Shown here one piece after another: positions 8,573 to 18,824 of a DNA stretch of 64,000 nt. The notes below the pieces were generated by a model. The model made no database searches and was not told where the DNA came from. It was given only the letters and a program-made list of their open reading frames with translations. Source of the stretch: Fimbriimonadia bacterium (lineage in GTDB: Bacteria > Armatimonadota > Fimbriimonadia > Fimbriimonadales > JABRVX01); the NCBI GenBank assembly GCA_041483895.1, contig JBGPGO010000018.1:1-64000 (forward strand), written 5' to 3'. Position 1 is the first letter of the stretch. Every line of letters starts with the position of its first letter. Made by a program: the position numbers and the translations under genes.

Positions 8573-9799
8573 ATGCCTCAACGCCGCAAGCGTACGCCCA
8601 GTGCATGGCGGGTCGAGTGCCAGTTGATCCGGTACGTTTACGAGTTCCCGGATATCACTCGCCAAGAACTGGCGGTCCGTCTCGGACAAAGCCCCGCCGC
8701 AATCTCCCTCGTAATTCGCCGACTGATCAACGCCAAATGGTTGCGGGAATCCGGTCGCGCTGTCTCACTGGGTGGCAGGCGCCCGGTGCAGTTGCGGCTG
8801 TCCTCGGATCGCGCCCTTATCGTGGGTCAAAGCATCACCTCCGAGGGACTTCGTTCCATCGTCATCAATCCGGACGGCGAAATCGTGTCACAGGTCGCAT
8901 CCCGCCAGCCGCCGACGGAAAAGTCCCTGGCCTCCGACATTGTCAGCGGGATCCGCGAAGCCGTCAAGCAGGCAAATATCAAGCAAGACCAGATTATCGG
9001 AGCCGGCATTGCTATCTCCGGACAGATTCACGGGGAGACGGGGATTGGCCGCTTCGTCGCCGGCCTGTCACCCAACGAACCGTGGTACCTCACGGATCTG
9101 CTGCAAAAGGAGTTCGACAACAAGGTTATCGTGCTCGATCACGTAACTAGGTCGCGGTTGGTCTGGGAAGTCTACAACAATACACAGCTGCGCGATCAGA
9201 CCATTCTCATGCTGGACTTCGATTCCGAGGTTGGCGCGGCGCTCTCTTCCTACGGTGTTCCCTACCGTGCGTCCGATGGAGCGCCAATCGATATCGGCAG
9301 CATCATGGTGAGCGCCAACGGACGCGGCGGCCAAGCCATGCGGCCCTTGGCCGAAGCCGTTTCGGTCAGAACAATTTTGGCAAAGGCACGGCGGGAGCTG
9401 GAAATGACGCCGACGTCGCCGCTTGCCGACATCGTCGAACGGGATTCGAAACGCCTCAGCGCCTCATCGATATACAGGGCCTCGCAAGCGGGCGATGCCT
9501 ACTGCTATCGGCTGGTCAACGATGTGAGCGAGGCAGTCGGTCAAGCGGTTGCCAAGCTGTGCTCGATCCTTCGACCAACAGCCGTCCTCATCACCGGCCA
9601 ATTGGTCACGTCCGGCCTCATCAACCTGGATGTGCTCCGGCGCATTGTCCGGCTGTCCGTCGAACCGGCGGTGTTCGACAACCTGCGCATAGTAATCTCG
9701 GAGACCGAGGACTGGGCGCCGGCATGCGGCATCGCGCACATTGTCTTGCGCAAATGGCTAGAAACGTTGGGCCAACCGATGAACGGAATCGAAGACTAG
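8573..9799 (+). CDS. ROK family transcriptional regulator
   Basis: N-terminal HTH (ITRQELAVRLGQSPAAIS), GGRRPVQL, IIGAGIAISG ROK domain. Confidence 0.85.
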   Translation: MPQRRKRTPSAWRVECQLIRYVYEFPDITRQELAVRLGQSPAAISLVIRRLINAKWLRESGRAVSLGGRRPVQLRLSSDRALIVGQSITSEGLRSIVINPDGEIVSQVASRQPPTEKSLASDIVSGIREAVKQANIKQDQIIGAGIAISGQIHGETGIGRFVAGLSPNEPWYLTDLLQKEFDNKVIVLDHVTRSRLVWEVYNNTQLRDQTILMLDFDSEVGAALSSYGVPYRASDGAPIDIGSIMVSANGRGGQAMRPLAEAVSVRTILAKARRELEMTPTSPLADIVERDSKRLSASSIYRASQAGDAYCYRLVNDVSEAVGQAVAKLCSILRPTAVLITGQLVTSGLINLDVLRRIVRLSVEPAVFDNLRIVISETEDWAPACGIAHIVLRKWLETLGQPMNGIED

Positions 9800-10848
9800 G
9801 CGAGATTCGTTAGTACTCGAGTGAAGAGCGCATCGATCTGCAGCCGGACCGTGGCGTTGCCAAATATCGCGTTGCGCGCCTCGATTGCGGCCGCCGCGCT
9901 CGCGGTCCAGTGACAAACCGGGGCACGCTCCGACAACGCTTTCGCAAAAGCCGCCGCGCGAGGAATTTCGAGAACGAACGGTTCTTTCCGAACCGAAAAA
10001 TGCATGACGTCGCGCAGGAATCGGGCGAGCATGTCCACGCATTGGGCCATCGCCAGTCTTCCGCCCTTTTCCCCATCCTCCTCGCGACAACTGTCCGCCA
10101 ATGCGCGGAACGATTCCCCCAACGCCAGCGCCTGAATCGGCTTGGCCTGGGCAAAGGCCGAAGCGAACGCCACCATTTCATCCGCCAATCCGGTCTGCCG
10201 ATCCTGCAACAGCCGAAATGCTCTGCCCGGATGTCCGCCCGATTCGGCGGCAATCCTCTTTGCCTCCTCTTCAGCCACCTCGAACTTATCCACTAATCCC
10301 TGGGCCAACTCCACCACTGCCACCGGCCCCACGCTGATTGGCGAGCATCGGGAGACAATGGTGGACGGCAAGCGATCGGCGTTCTCTGTTGTAAGCAGGA
10401 ACCGCATCCACGGCGGCGGCTCCTCAAGCGTCTTGAGGAGCGCGTCGGCCGCGCCGGGCAACATCCGCTCGGCTTCCCGAATCAGAACAACCACGCGCTT
10501 GCCCGAAGACGGAACGGTGGTCGCGCGCGGAAGCACTAGTCGCCGGATCGCCTTGATCTGAATGGAGTCCCCTTTGTCGTCCGGATCCAGCTTTTGGCCC
10601 GGATAGATAGAAACAAAGTCCGGATGACCGTCGGATTCGAATCGGCGGCAAGACAGGCATTCATCGCACCCGGTCCCCTGTTCGCACAGCATGATCTTGG
10701 CCAAGGCCCGGGCGATGGTGTTCTTGCCGACCCCATCGGGACCGCTAAACAGATAGGCGTGGGATTCGTGACCGGCGGCAATGTCTTGCGACAGAGATTC
10801 GATCAGTCGCTTGTGCCCGATGATATGGGAGAGAGCGGCTAGACTCGT
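9796..10848 (-). CDS. holB: DNA polymerase III subunit delta' (start codon non-canonical or uncertain)
   Basis: HAYLFSGPDGVGKN lies in frame upstream of the called TTG at 10704; C-x-C..C..C zinc motif, HPD, ALLKTLEEPP, TIVSRC. Confidence 0.88.
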   Translation of the reverse strand, partial: TSLAALSHIIGHKRLIESLSQDIAAGHESHAYLFSGPDGVGKNTIARALAKIMLCEQGTGCDECLSCRRFESDGHPDFVSIYPGQKLDPDDKGDSIQIKAIRRLVLPRATTVPSSGKRVVVLIREAERMLPGAADALLKTLEEPPPWMRFLLTTENADRLPSTIVSRCSPISVGPVAVVELAQGLVDKFEVAEEEAKRIAAESGGHPGRAFRLLQDRQTGLADEMVAFASAFAQAKPIQALALGESFRALADSCREEDGEKGGRLAMAQCVDMLARFLRDVMHFSVRKEPFVLEIPRAAAFAKALSERAPVCHWTASAAAAIEARNAIFGNATVRLQIDALFTRVLTNLA

Positions 10849-11171
10849 TCGAATCTCTCCACGTCAATAACGAATGTGATTGCGCCGCCAACCGTGACCT
10901 TCATCGGCGCTGTAGGGAGGAACGTGCCGATCGGGGCGGCGTCTGGGGGCAATGCGTTCACATATTGCTCTCTTGTATGGCAATTCTCGCGGAGCAGATC
11001 CATAACGGCCTCGATCTCATCAGCCTCGGAACCGATCAGCAGCGTCGTGTTCCCTTCCCGCAGGAATCCGCCGCTGCTCGCGACGGTTGTGAATTTGAAC
11101 CCCGCGGCCAGCAAAGCATCCGTAATGTTGTTCTTGTCGCGGTTGTGAACCACCGCGATGACCAGCTTCAT
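10839..11171 (-). CDS. darA: Cyclic-di-AMP receptor DarA/PstA (PII-like)
   Basis: MKLVIAVV, SSGGFLREGNTTLLIG, CHTREQ, VTVGGAITFV. Confidence 0.9.
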   Translation of the reverse strand: MKLVIAVVHNRDKNNITDALLAAGFKFTTVASSGGFLREGNTTLLIGSEADEIEAVMDLLRENCHTREQYVNALPPDAAPIGTFLPTAPMKVTVGGAITFVIDVERFERV

Positions 11172-11809
11172 CCGTCCGCCTCCGCCACCATATTATAGCC
11201 CTTCGCGGTTAGCAACTCACTTACGATGCCCCGTATGCGGTCCTGAATCGGACCCGAATCGCCGTCGGCCGGTATCACCTGAATCCTCTTTTCCCGCTTC
11301 GCCAACTGCAGAAACCCATCGCGGACTGCCCTGTGGAACTCGATGTCCTCTCCGTCCAACCGGTCCTTTGCGTCCAGGCGCGCCAATCCCGCCTCTGCGG
11401 GCAGATCGAGCAGCAAGGTCAGGTCAGGCAGCAAATCGTCGGTTGCAAACCGATTAAGCTCCATGGCGCGCTCGAGCCCCATTCCGCGGGCGATGCCCTG
11501 ATAGACAGTGGTCGAATCTACATAACGGTCGCACAGCACGATGCTGCCCGCCGCAAGCGACGGACGGACGATCGTCGCGACATGTTGAGCGCGATCGGCA
11601 AGAAAAAGAAACAACTCGGCCTTTGGGACCACATCGATCCCGGAAAGAAGAATCTCGCGTACCTTGGCCCCCAAATCGCCAGCGCCGCCCGGTTCCCGCG
11701 TAGTGACCACGGGCAAAAGCATTGAAAACAGCCAGTCCGCAAGCAGTTGAAGTTGGGTGCTTTTCCCGCTGCCCTCCGTCCCCTCGAACGTTATGAAACA
11801 TCCTGTCAT
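11168..11809 (-). CDS. tmk: Thymidylate kinase
   Basis: FITFEGTEGSGKSTQ, TREPGG, CDRYVDSTTVYQG. Confidence 0.95.
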   Translation of the reverse strand: MTGCFITFEGTEGSGKSTQLQLLADWLFSMLLPVVTTREPGGAGDLGAKVREILLSGIDVVPKAELFLFLADRAQHVATIVRPSLAAGSIVLCDRYVDSTTVYQGIARGMGLERAMELNRFATDDLLPDLTLLLDLPAEAGLARLDAKDRLDGEDIEFHRAVRDGFLQLAKREKRIQVIPADGDSGPIQDRIRGIVSELLTAKGYNMVAEADG

Positions 11810-13413
11810 TTATAGATGGGGAGGATGCGCACGTACCGCTCCGGCTCCTCGCCAACGCTTTCGGATGTCAAACGCATCTTCGCAATCGCCAGGTGCTGGA
11901 TGCGGCGCAGATAGCTGTTGCGCGGAGTAAGGTCGAGCGCCGCTGCGCTTTCCAGCACCGCTTCGACCCCGGCTTGCGCTTCCCGCACGGCGGTATCCTC
12001 CAGCGGCACCGCCTCTTCGCGCTGGAACAACTCATCCAATGCCCCGGCAATCTGCGTATAGGTGTTGCTCTTTACCACCACCATCGGTACCTTGCGGTCC
12101 ACCGCTTCCTGGAGCTTGATGGGCTTGCGCTGATAGGTCGTCTTGATGGCCAGAATGGCGTCGGCCTTCTCGATATCGTTGCAGATCGACGCCGGGTATC
12201 GCCGCTCCCGTATCGCGCGCTCCAATCGGGTGCGTGCCACGCCGTAGGGAAAGACGCGCAGGATGGATCGGCGGCGATCCGGTTCGGCAACCGGCCTCCG
12301 CTCCTTCGGATGGTCGTCTCCGCCTCTTCGCCGTTCGGGGGCCGCGGGAGCGACCGGTTCGGCGGCGGCCTCGGGCTTTTGGACGATTTCGACCTCTCCC
12401 ATCGGCGTCTTCACGCGGATTTCCGGTCTAGGTTGCGTACCGCGTAGGAGCAGGTCCACGGTCCGCTGCACGTCGTGATGGAGCGCCAGTTTATCGTAAT
12501 CCAATAGCTCGATCACAACATCGAACGTCGGAGGAGCCTTGCGTTCCAAAACCGTCTTCTGCGTGCCGCGCCGTCTTGCCTCGTCGTCGGAAAGCGTGAC
12601 CGCCTGGATGCCGCCAACCAGATCGCACAGGGTCGGGTTGCTCAGCAGATTCTCAAGCGAAATTCCATGCGCCGTGCCGATCAGCTGAACGCCGCGTTCC
12701 GCAATCGTCCGCGCCGCAAGAGCCTCCGCCTCCGTACCGATCTCGTCTATCACAATAACCTCAGGCATGTGGTTCTCGACGGCCTCCACCATGATCTCGT
12801 GCTGGCGGGCAGGCTCGGGCACCTGCATCCGGCGGGCATTACCAATCCCAGGGTGCGGCACGTCCCCGTCTCCCGCAATCTCGTTGGAAGTGTCAACGAT
12901 AACGACACGCTTATCGAACTGGTCGGCCAGGATGCGCGCCATCTCTCGCAGCTTCGTCGTTTTGCCGACTCCGGGCTTTCCCATGATCAGGATGCTCTTG
13001 CCGGTCTCGATCGTGTCCTGAATAATATCAATCGTTCCGTATACCGCCCGGCCAACCCGGCACGTAAGACCAATAATCTTGCCGGACCGGTTGCGAATGG
13101 CGGAAATTCGGTGGAGAGTGCGTTCGATGCCGGCGCGATTGTCCTTGCCAAATTCCCCGACCGCGCGAACGACATATTCGATATCCTGCTCGCGAACTTC
13201 CATCTCCGGCCATCTCTCGGTGACGGAGTAGTACCGCGTTTCCGCGGGGCGGCCAAGATCGAGCACGACCTCGAGCAGCCGATCAAGATCGGGGCGTTTG
13301 ACCAATCGGTCTCGTATGTGCGGAGGCAGCGCCTCCAGCAATTTGTGGAGCCCTTCAATGATCGCCTGGGAGGACTCCGGTGTCTGCCCGTCGCGATTTT
13401 CCTGGTTCTTCAT
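11806..13413 (-). CDS. Ycf45/SpoIIIAA-like AAA ATPase with C-terminal R3H domain
   Basis: LEVVLDLGRP, TLHRISAIRN, GKPGVGKTT, IVDTSNEIAGDG, VIDEIG, RRIQH. Confidence 0.88.
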   Translation of the reverse strand: MKNQENRDGQTPESSQAIIEGLHKLLEALPPHIRDRLVKRPDLDRLLEVVLDLGRPAETRYYSVTERWPEMEVREQDIEYVVRAVGEFGKDNRAGIERTLHRISAIRNRSGKIIGLTCRVGRAVYGTIDIIQDTIETGKSILIMGKPGVGKTTKLREMARILADQFDKRVVIVDTSNEIAGDGDVPHPGIGNARRMQVPEPARQHEIMVEAVENHMPEVIVIDEIGTEAEALAARTIAERGVQLIGTAHGISLENLLSNPTLCDLVGGIQAVTLSDDEARRRGTQKTVLERKAPPTFDVVIELLDYDKLALHHDVQRTVDLLLRGTQPRPEIRVKTPMGEVEIVQKPEAAAEPVAPAAPERRRGGDDHPKERRPVAEPDRRRSILRVFPYGVARTRLERAIRERRYPASICNDIEKADAILAIKTTYQRKPIKLQEAVDRKVPMVVVKSNTYTQIAGALDELFQREEAVPLEDTAVREAQAGVEAVLESAAALDLTPRNSYLRRIQHLAIAKMRLTSESVGEEPERYVRILPIYK

Positions 13414-13418
13414 AAACT

Positions 13419-14561
13419 CTAGCGTTTGAGATAGATGTTTCGCAAATTGTCCGGCATGTCTCGCACAATGACATCCAGCTTGCGCGTCTCGCCCTGACGC
13501 GACACTTCAAAGGACAGCGATTTCCCAACTCCCGCCTTGTTGATTTCGGCCGAAAAGTCTTGCGCGGTCTGCAGCTTCTTCCCATTAGTCGACAGGATTA
13601 TGTCGTTATCCTGCACGCCGGAGTCGGCTGCGGGCCATCCCGGCAATACACGGCTGATAATAACTCCGTAATCCGGCACATTGCTGATACCGGCAACCCG
13701 CTCAACCCGGTCCCGCCACATGGGATCCGATAGATCTACTTCCGACACGATGGACACGCCCACGAACGGGATCGGCAGCCGCTTGTGCTCCAAGAGCGCC
13801 TTCGCAATCACTTTCACTTCATTAATCGGTACGGCAAATCCCAGGCCGATGCTTCCGCCGGTCGTCGTCGCGATTACTGTATTTATCCCCACAACCTGAC
13901 CCGCGATATTCGCCAGGGCGCCGCCGGAGTTGCCCGCGTTGATCGCGGCGTCAGTCTGGATCAGCTCCGTCAGACCACCCCCATTTTGTGAGCCGATCTG
14001 CCGATTCTTGGCACTCACCACTCCCACGGTCAAGCTGTTTTGGTAGCCAAGCGGGTTGCCAATCGCCATCACCCACTCACCTACTTGCAGCGCGTCGCTG
14101 TCTCCCATCTCGGCGGCGGGCAGGTTCTTGGCGTTCACCTTGACCACGGCGATGTCGTGCCTGGGGTCGACGCCAACGACAATGCCGTCATATTTTGCCC
14201 CATTGATCAGCCGGACGCCGATCTTCGTCGCGCCTTCCACGACATGCCCATTCGTCACGACATACCCGTCCGCAGAAATGATGACGCCGGACCCCTGGCC
14301 CTGAAACGGCTGCGTGAAGTTCCAATCCTCCCGCACGCCGGCAACGTCGATCGCCACCACGGCGGGAGACAGGGTCTTGACAGCCGCCACAAAATTCGGA
14401 CCGGCGGTCAGGGTGGATACTTGGCGAACAGGTTGGTTCAAGGCATCGATCGCGTTCTGCGCGTTCGGGTTGCCCTTTGCGCGGTCCAAGTAGATGAACG
14501 TGCCCACAGTTGCGACTGCCAGCAAAAAGACGACCCATGTGATTCCGACGTTTCTGCGCAT
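13419..14561 (-). CDS. HtrA/trypsin-like serine protease with PDZ domain
   Basis: TNGHVV, DIAVVKV, TDAAINAGNSGGAL, N-terminal TM. Confidence 0.92.
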   Translation of the reverse strand: MRRNVGITWVVFLLAVATVGTFIYLDRAKGNPNAQNAIDALNQPVRQVSTLTAGPNFVAAVKTLSPAVVAIDVAGVREDWNFTQPFQGQGSGVIISADGYVVTNGHVVEGATKIGVRLINGAKYDGIVVGVDPRHDIAVVKVNAKNLPAAEMGDSDALQVGEWVMAIGNPLGYQNSLTVGVVSAKNRQIGSQNGGGLTELIQTDAAINAGNSGGALANIAGQVVGINTVIATTTGGSIGLGFAVPINEVKVIAKALLEHKRLPIPFVGVSIVSEVDLSDPMWRDRVERVAGISNVPDYGVIISRVLPGWPAADSGVQDNDIILSTNGKKLQTAQDFSAEINKAGVGKSLSFEVSRQGETRKLDVIVRDMPDNLRNIYLKR

Positions 14562-15040
14562 TACTTTCCTTCACGAATCTTTTTGAGGACCGAAACCATC
14601 TCTATCGCCGCGAGGGCCGCATCCGATCCTTTGTTCCCCATCTTCGCCCCGGCCCGGCCCAATGCCTGATCCAGGTTGTCGCAGGTCAGGATGCCCCAGG
14701 TGATCGGCACCCCCGCGTCGAGGGAGACCCGGCTGAGACCGTCGGAAAGAGCGGACGCCAACCCTTGGGCGTGCGGCGTTTCCCCCTGCAAAATCGTCCC
14801 CAATGCGATCAACGCTTGAAATCGCCCGGTCATCGCCATCTCCCGCGCTGCGATAGGGACCTCCCAGCATCCGGGAACCCACACCGCCTCGATATGGGTG
14901 GCCGGAATGCCATATCGCGTCAACGTGCTAGCCGCGCCTTCGAGCAGTTTGCGCGTAACCAATTCGTTCCACCGGGCGACGATGATGCCGAACCGGCCGG
15001 TGACAGCGTGCAGATCGCCTTCGAGAGTGGTGATTGCCAT
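14561..15040 (-). CDS. ribH: 6,7-dimethyl-8-ribityllumazine synthase
   Basis: IIVARWNELVT, VPGCWEVP, GETPH, NKGSDAA. Confidence 0.95.
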   Translation of the reverse strand: MAITTLEGDLHAVTGRFGIIVARWNELVTRKLLEGAASTLTRYGIPATHIEAVWVPGCWEVPIAAREMAMTGRFQALIALGTILQGETPHAQGLASALSDGLSRVSLDAGVPITWGILTCDNLDQALGRAGAKMGNKGSDAALAAIEMVSVLKKIREGK

Positions 15041-15047
15041 GGGTCTC

Positions 15048-16319
15048 CTATTCGTACGATGAGACGTCGGGATCCGGTTTCACAACCGCCGATTCCGGAA
15101 ACGTGTGGCCAAGCTTCGTCTGCTTCGTACGCAAGTAGGTCTCGTTATGCTCGTTCGGTGGGATTACGATGGGAACCTGCTCGACGATCTCCAATCCATA
15201 TCCCTCCAGCCCGGCCACTTTCTTGGGATTGTTTGTGAGAAGCCGAATTTTCTTGAGACCCAGGTCAACGAGAATCTGCGCGCCCGTGCCGTATTCGCGA
15301 AGGTCGGCACGAAATCCGAGCGCGGCATTGGCCTCGACCGTATCCATTCCCTTGTCCTGCAGAGCATAGGCTTTCAGCTTGTTCAGCAGGCCAATCCCTC
15401 GGCCTTCCTGGCTGATGTAGAGAAGGACCCCGCGCCCTTCACGGGCAATCATCCGCAGCGCGTCCTGCAGCTGATCTCCGCAGTCGCAGCGGAGCGAATT
15501 GAGCACATCGCCGGTTGTGCAGCTGGAATGCACCCGCGTGAGGATCGGCTTACCGTCCGCGATATCCCCCATTGTGAGCGCGATATAGGGATTGTCATCC
15601 AGCTTCGCTTCATACGCATGCAGTTGAAAATCGCCGTATTTGGTCGGGAACTTGATGGGCGGGCAGGCCCGTGAAATCAGCTTCTCGCGCCGGCTCCGAT
15701 ACTCGATCAGGTCGGCTATTGTGACGATCTTGAGGCCGAACTTCTTCCCGATCTCCTGCAATTCCGGCAGCCTGGCCATCGTGCCGTCCTCGTTCATGAT
15801 CTCGCACAGCACGCCGACCGGCTGCAGACCGGCCATGCGGGCAAGGTCGGTGGTCGCCTCCGTATGGCCGGCGCGCCGCAGCACTCCGCCCTCGTCCGGT
15901 CGAAGCGGCAGGATGTGGCCGGGGCGGGCAAAATCCTCGGGCTTCGCCTTCAGGTCGCACATCAGGCGGATGGTAAGAGCGCGGTCGTGGGCCGAGACGC
16001 CGGTCGTGATGCCGTTCGCGGCGTCCACCGTCTCCGTGAACTGGGTGCCAAGCTTCGCGGTGTTCTTGGCGACCATCAGGTTGATGCCGAGCTGCTGCAA
16101 TCGCTCCGTTTCGCACGGGACGCAGACCAGGCCGCGGCCATGCGTCACCATAAAGTTGACCGCCTCGGGCGTCACCTTTTCGGCAGCCATGATGAAGTCG
16201 CCCTCGTTCTCCCGATCGGGGTCGTCGACGACGATCAGTATCCGGCCCTGGCGCAGTTCCTCCAAGGCCTCCTCGATTGTGGCAAAACCCTCTTTCACGT
16301 TCGGTTCCAATGTTATCAT
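15048..16319 (-). CDS. ribBA: Bifunctional DHBP synthase / GTP cyclohydrolase II
   Basis: [43 protein letters not shown]. Confidence 0.96.
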   Translation of the reverse strand: MITLEPNVKEGFATIEEALEELRQGRILIVVDDPDRENEGDFIMAAEKVTPEAVNFMVTHGRGLVCVPCETERLQQLGINLMVAKNTAKLGTQFTETVDAANGITTGVSAHDRALTIRLMCDLKAKPEDFARPGHILPLRPDEGGVLRRAGHTEATTDLARMAGLQPVGVLCEIMNEDGTMARLPELQEIGKKFGLKIVTIADLIEYRSRREKLISRACPPIKFPTKYGDFQLHAYEAKLDDNPYIALTMGDIADGKPILTRVHSSCTTGDVLNSLRCDCGDQLQDALRMIAREGRGVLLYISQEGRGIGLLNKLKAYALQDKGMDTVEANAALGFRADLREYGTGAQILVDLGLKKIRLLTNNPKKVAGLEGYGLEIVEQVPIVIPPNEHNETYLRTKQTKLGHTFPESAVVKPDPDVSSYE

Positions 16320-16352
16320 ACGTTTCCAATTCTACCTCCGTCGCCCGAAGCG

Positions 16353-16642
16353 GCATCCGTCAGACAGGTCCTCCTGTTGAGGGGGTCGCGAGTGGCAGCA
16401 TCCCCTCAGACAGGTCCTCCTGTTGAGGGTGAGCAATCAACAAATGGTGTAAGATATCCAGATGGGTCGTTACGCCACTTCAAGAACGCCGCCGGGGCCG
16501 GTCACCGGACCCCCTCCACAAGAGGACCTGTTGAAGGATAAAAAGTGCAATCCCGAGTCCGGGTTGATGACGGTGTCAGAGGTTCTGCTGCTGATGACCG
16601 AACTGGTTGCCCAACGAGCCTCAACAGGAGGACCAGTTGAGG
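16353..16642. repeat. Four copies of a ~24-30 bp hairpin repeat (two direct, two inverted)
   Basis: TCAGACAGGTCCTCCTGTTGAGGG at 16360-16383 and 16406-16429; inverted copies at 16510-16539 and 16619-16642. Confidence 0.85.
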
Positions 16643-16752
16643 CATGAAAATACAAGCTGATTGGCGGATGGAACAATACTGTGCCATTCGGCCACGAGCC
16701 TGATCTGTTCAACGCGTGGAACGGACATTGGTAGTGTAAGGAGGGCAGTCTC

Positions 16753-17907
16753 ATGAGATTCGGATGGATGGTTTGTTTTGTGTTCGTTGGCGGTTGTTGT
16801 TTTGGGAGCAAATATGACCACAAACTACTACTTTCGGGAGCAAATTACAACTTGAGCGACGGGTACCTGAACGAGAATGGTCAAACTCTACTCTCAGCGA
16901 GGGTTGGAAACTACTTCGGACTGTATTTCGATGGCCAAGATTACTCAGCGTCCATCGCACACAATGGGCTATATTCCCGGGGTCTGAATGCGCACGGCGA
17001 TGTTGCCTGGGACTTGGAGCGCGCGGACGGCAGGTGGAATGTCATGCTGGATGCGTCGCCGATCGCCACCGGTCTCAGCAACGTAACAACACGGAAACTG
17101 ACCAACACCGGTCATGTTCTCTGGGATTCGTTGTTCGATTCTATCGGATACACGTTCATTGATCGGGAAAACCAGGATGACAAATATCAGGCGTATGACA
17201 GCTTCAGCGGTGGCCTGAACGACTCGGGGCAAATGCTCTGGGTGCGCCAAACGCTACCTGACGCGCACTATGGCGTCTTTATCAACAATAAAGAGGTTTC
17301 GGGGGGTGTATACGGGCCGGACAGGCGATATAGTGCAACCCAAATCAACGCTCACGGCAGCTACGTTTGGCAGGGGGCCCCTCCAGTAGAACCCTACCAT
17401 CAACATGTATGGCTGAACATGACCGATATAACCAAGAAGTATGTAGGGGATTTTCAAGCTCAGGCTGGCGCGGTCCTGAATGAAAACGATCAAGTGCTCT
17501 GGTGTTACGCAGATGCTATGAGTCGAGTACATGTTATGCGCGATGGATTTGACGTTAGCGCAATTGCTGGAAACGACGTGGCCTTAGAGCCGGAAGGTCT
17601 GGCAATGAACGATTTGGGAAGCGTATTGTGGAAAAGCGGTAGTCACAATTTGCTCCCTGAGCGTGTGTGGGTTGACAACTATGATCTGACTGGCGATCTG
17701 TTCCCGGATCGGGACTATGGCGACGTAAGAGGACTCGCCCTCAATAACAAGGGACAAGTCTTGTGGTATGCTAACGTCAATGGAAAGCTGAACTATTATC
17801 TTTCAACGCCGGTGCCAGAACCGGGTTCCATCATCGCTGTGACGGCCGCGCTGACCGTATTCCTCCGCAAGCCAAAGGGGTATAAGCCAAACCCCACGCA
17901 CAACTGA
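16753..17907 (+). CDS. PEP-CTERM sorting domain surface protein with repeated LN(D/E)xGQVLW units
   Basis: Signal peptide; C-terminal VPEPGS-hydrophobic-RKPK; internal repeats LNAHGDVAW, LNDSGQMLW, LNENDQVLW, LNNKGQVLW. Confidence 0.85.
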   Translation: MRFGWMVCFVFVGGCCFGSKYDHKLLLSGANYNLSDGYLNENGQTLLSARVGNYFGLYFDGQDYSASIAHNGLYSRGLNAHGDVAWDLERADGRWNVMLDASPIATGLSNVTTRKLTNTGHVLWDSLFDSIGYTFIDRENQDDKYQAYDSFSGGLNDSGQMLWVRQTLPDAHYGVFINNKEVSGGVYGPDRRYSATQINAHGSYVWQGAPPVEPYHQHVWLNMTDITKKYVGDFQAQAGAVLNENDQVLWCYADAMSRVHVMRDGFDVSAIAGNDVALEPEGLAMNDLGSVLWKSGSHNLLPERVWVDNYDLTGDLFPDRDYGDVRGLALNNKGQVLWYANVNGKLNYYLSTPVPEPGSIIAVTAALTVFLRKPKGYKPNPTHN

Positions 17908-17985
17908 CAGCTTCCCGCCGGCAACCCCAAACCCGGCAAATTCCGCCGCCAAGGGAAATCCGCTCGTCCCAATAATCGACCTTGT

Positions 17986-18711
17986 ATGACACGAGGAATC
18001 TATGCGGGAGCGTCCGGAATGTTAGCCCAGCAGCAAATGCTGGATGTCATTGCCAACAACCTCGCGAACATCAATACCACGGGTTTCAAGAGCGACCGAG
18101 TTACATTTCGGGAGGCGCTTGACCGGAGCGTCTACTCTACGGGGGATCGGCAGCCCAGATTGCTGGGCCGCCTGGGCAGTGGGGCCTTGGTCGAGGGTTC
18201 CGCGTTCACGCCGGACCAGGGCCCCAGCATACCTACGGGGAGGACCATTGACGTAGCCATCGAAGGCGAAGGCTTCTTTACCGTCCGGACTCCCCAAGGT
18301 CTGCGCTACACACGCGACGGCTCTTTCCTCGTCGATTCCCAGCGCCGCCTTGTCACAAAGGACGGCAACCTGGTTGTCGGCCAGAACGGGGATATCACGA
18401 TGCCGCCGGGCTCCGACGCCGGAATCAGCGACACCGGTATTGTGATGGTTAACGGACAAAAGGTGGATAGCCTGGCAATTGTAACGGGCAGGTTGAAAAA
18501 GCAGGGCAAGGGACTGTATGCGGGGAGCCCGCAGCCGGTCGCGACCCCAACGCTAAAGGCGGGCGCATTGGAAGGGTCCAACGTGAGCGCGATCCAAGAG
18601 ATGGTTCGAATGATTGAGACGATGCGCGTGTTCGATGCGAATCAGCGCGTCGTGCAAGCGCAAGACGAAACGTTGCAGAAAGCGGTTAACGACCTCGCGC
18701 GATTAGGTTAG
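17986..18711 (+). CDS. flgF: Flagellar basal-body rod protein FlgF
   Basis: LDVIANNLANINTTGFK, RYTRDGSF, LEGSNV. Confidence 0.85.
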   Translation: MTRGIYAGASGMLAQQQMLDVIANNLANINTTGFKSDRVTFREALDRSVYSTGDRQPRLLGRLGSGALVEGSAFTPDQGPSIPTGRTIDVAIEGEGFFTVRTPQGLRYTRDGSFLVDSQRRLVTKDGNLVVGQNGDITMPPGSDAGISDTGIVMVNGQKVDSLAIVTGRLKKQGKGLYAGSPQPVATPTLKAGALEGSNVSAIQEMVRMIETMRVFDANQRVVQAQDETLQKAVNDLARLG

Positions 18712-18824
18712 CTGGACCGCCCGTAACGCTGCCTTCCAGGCGGCACAATGGGTGGAAGCGATCGTCCCGGAATGAATGAAGGGACGGAAACGGCGCGAGG
18801 CGACCCAGACCCTGGAGGTCGCCG

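Noticed and set aside
16320..16750. FMN riboswitch upstream of ribBA
   Set aside because: The conserved RFN motifs (GGGCGGGGTGAAATTCCC, AGTCCGGATG) were not found on the minus strand.
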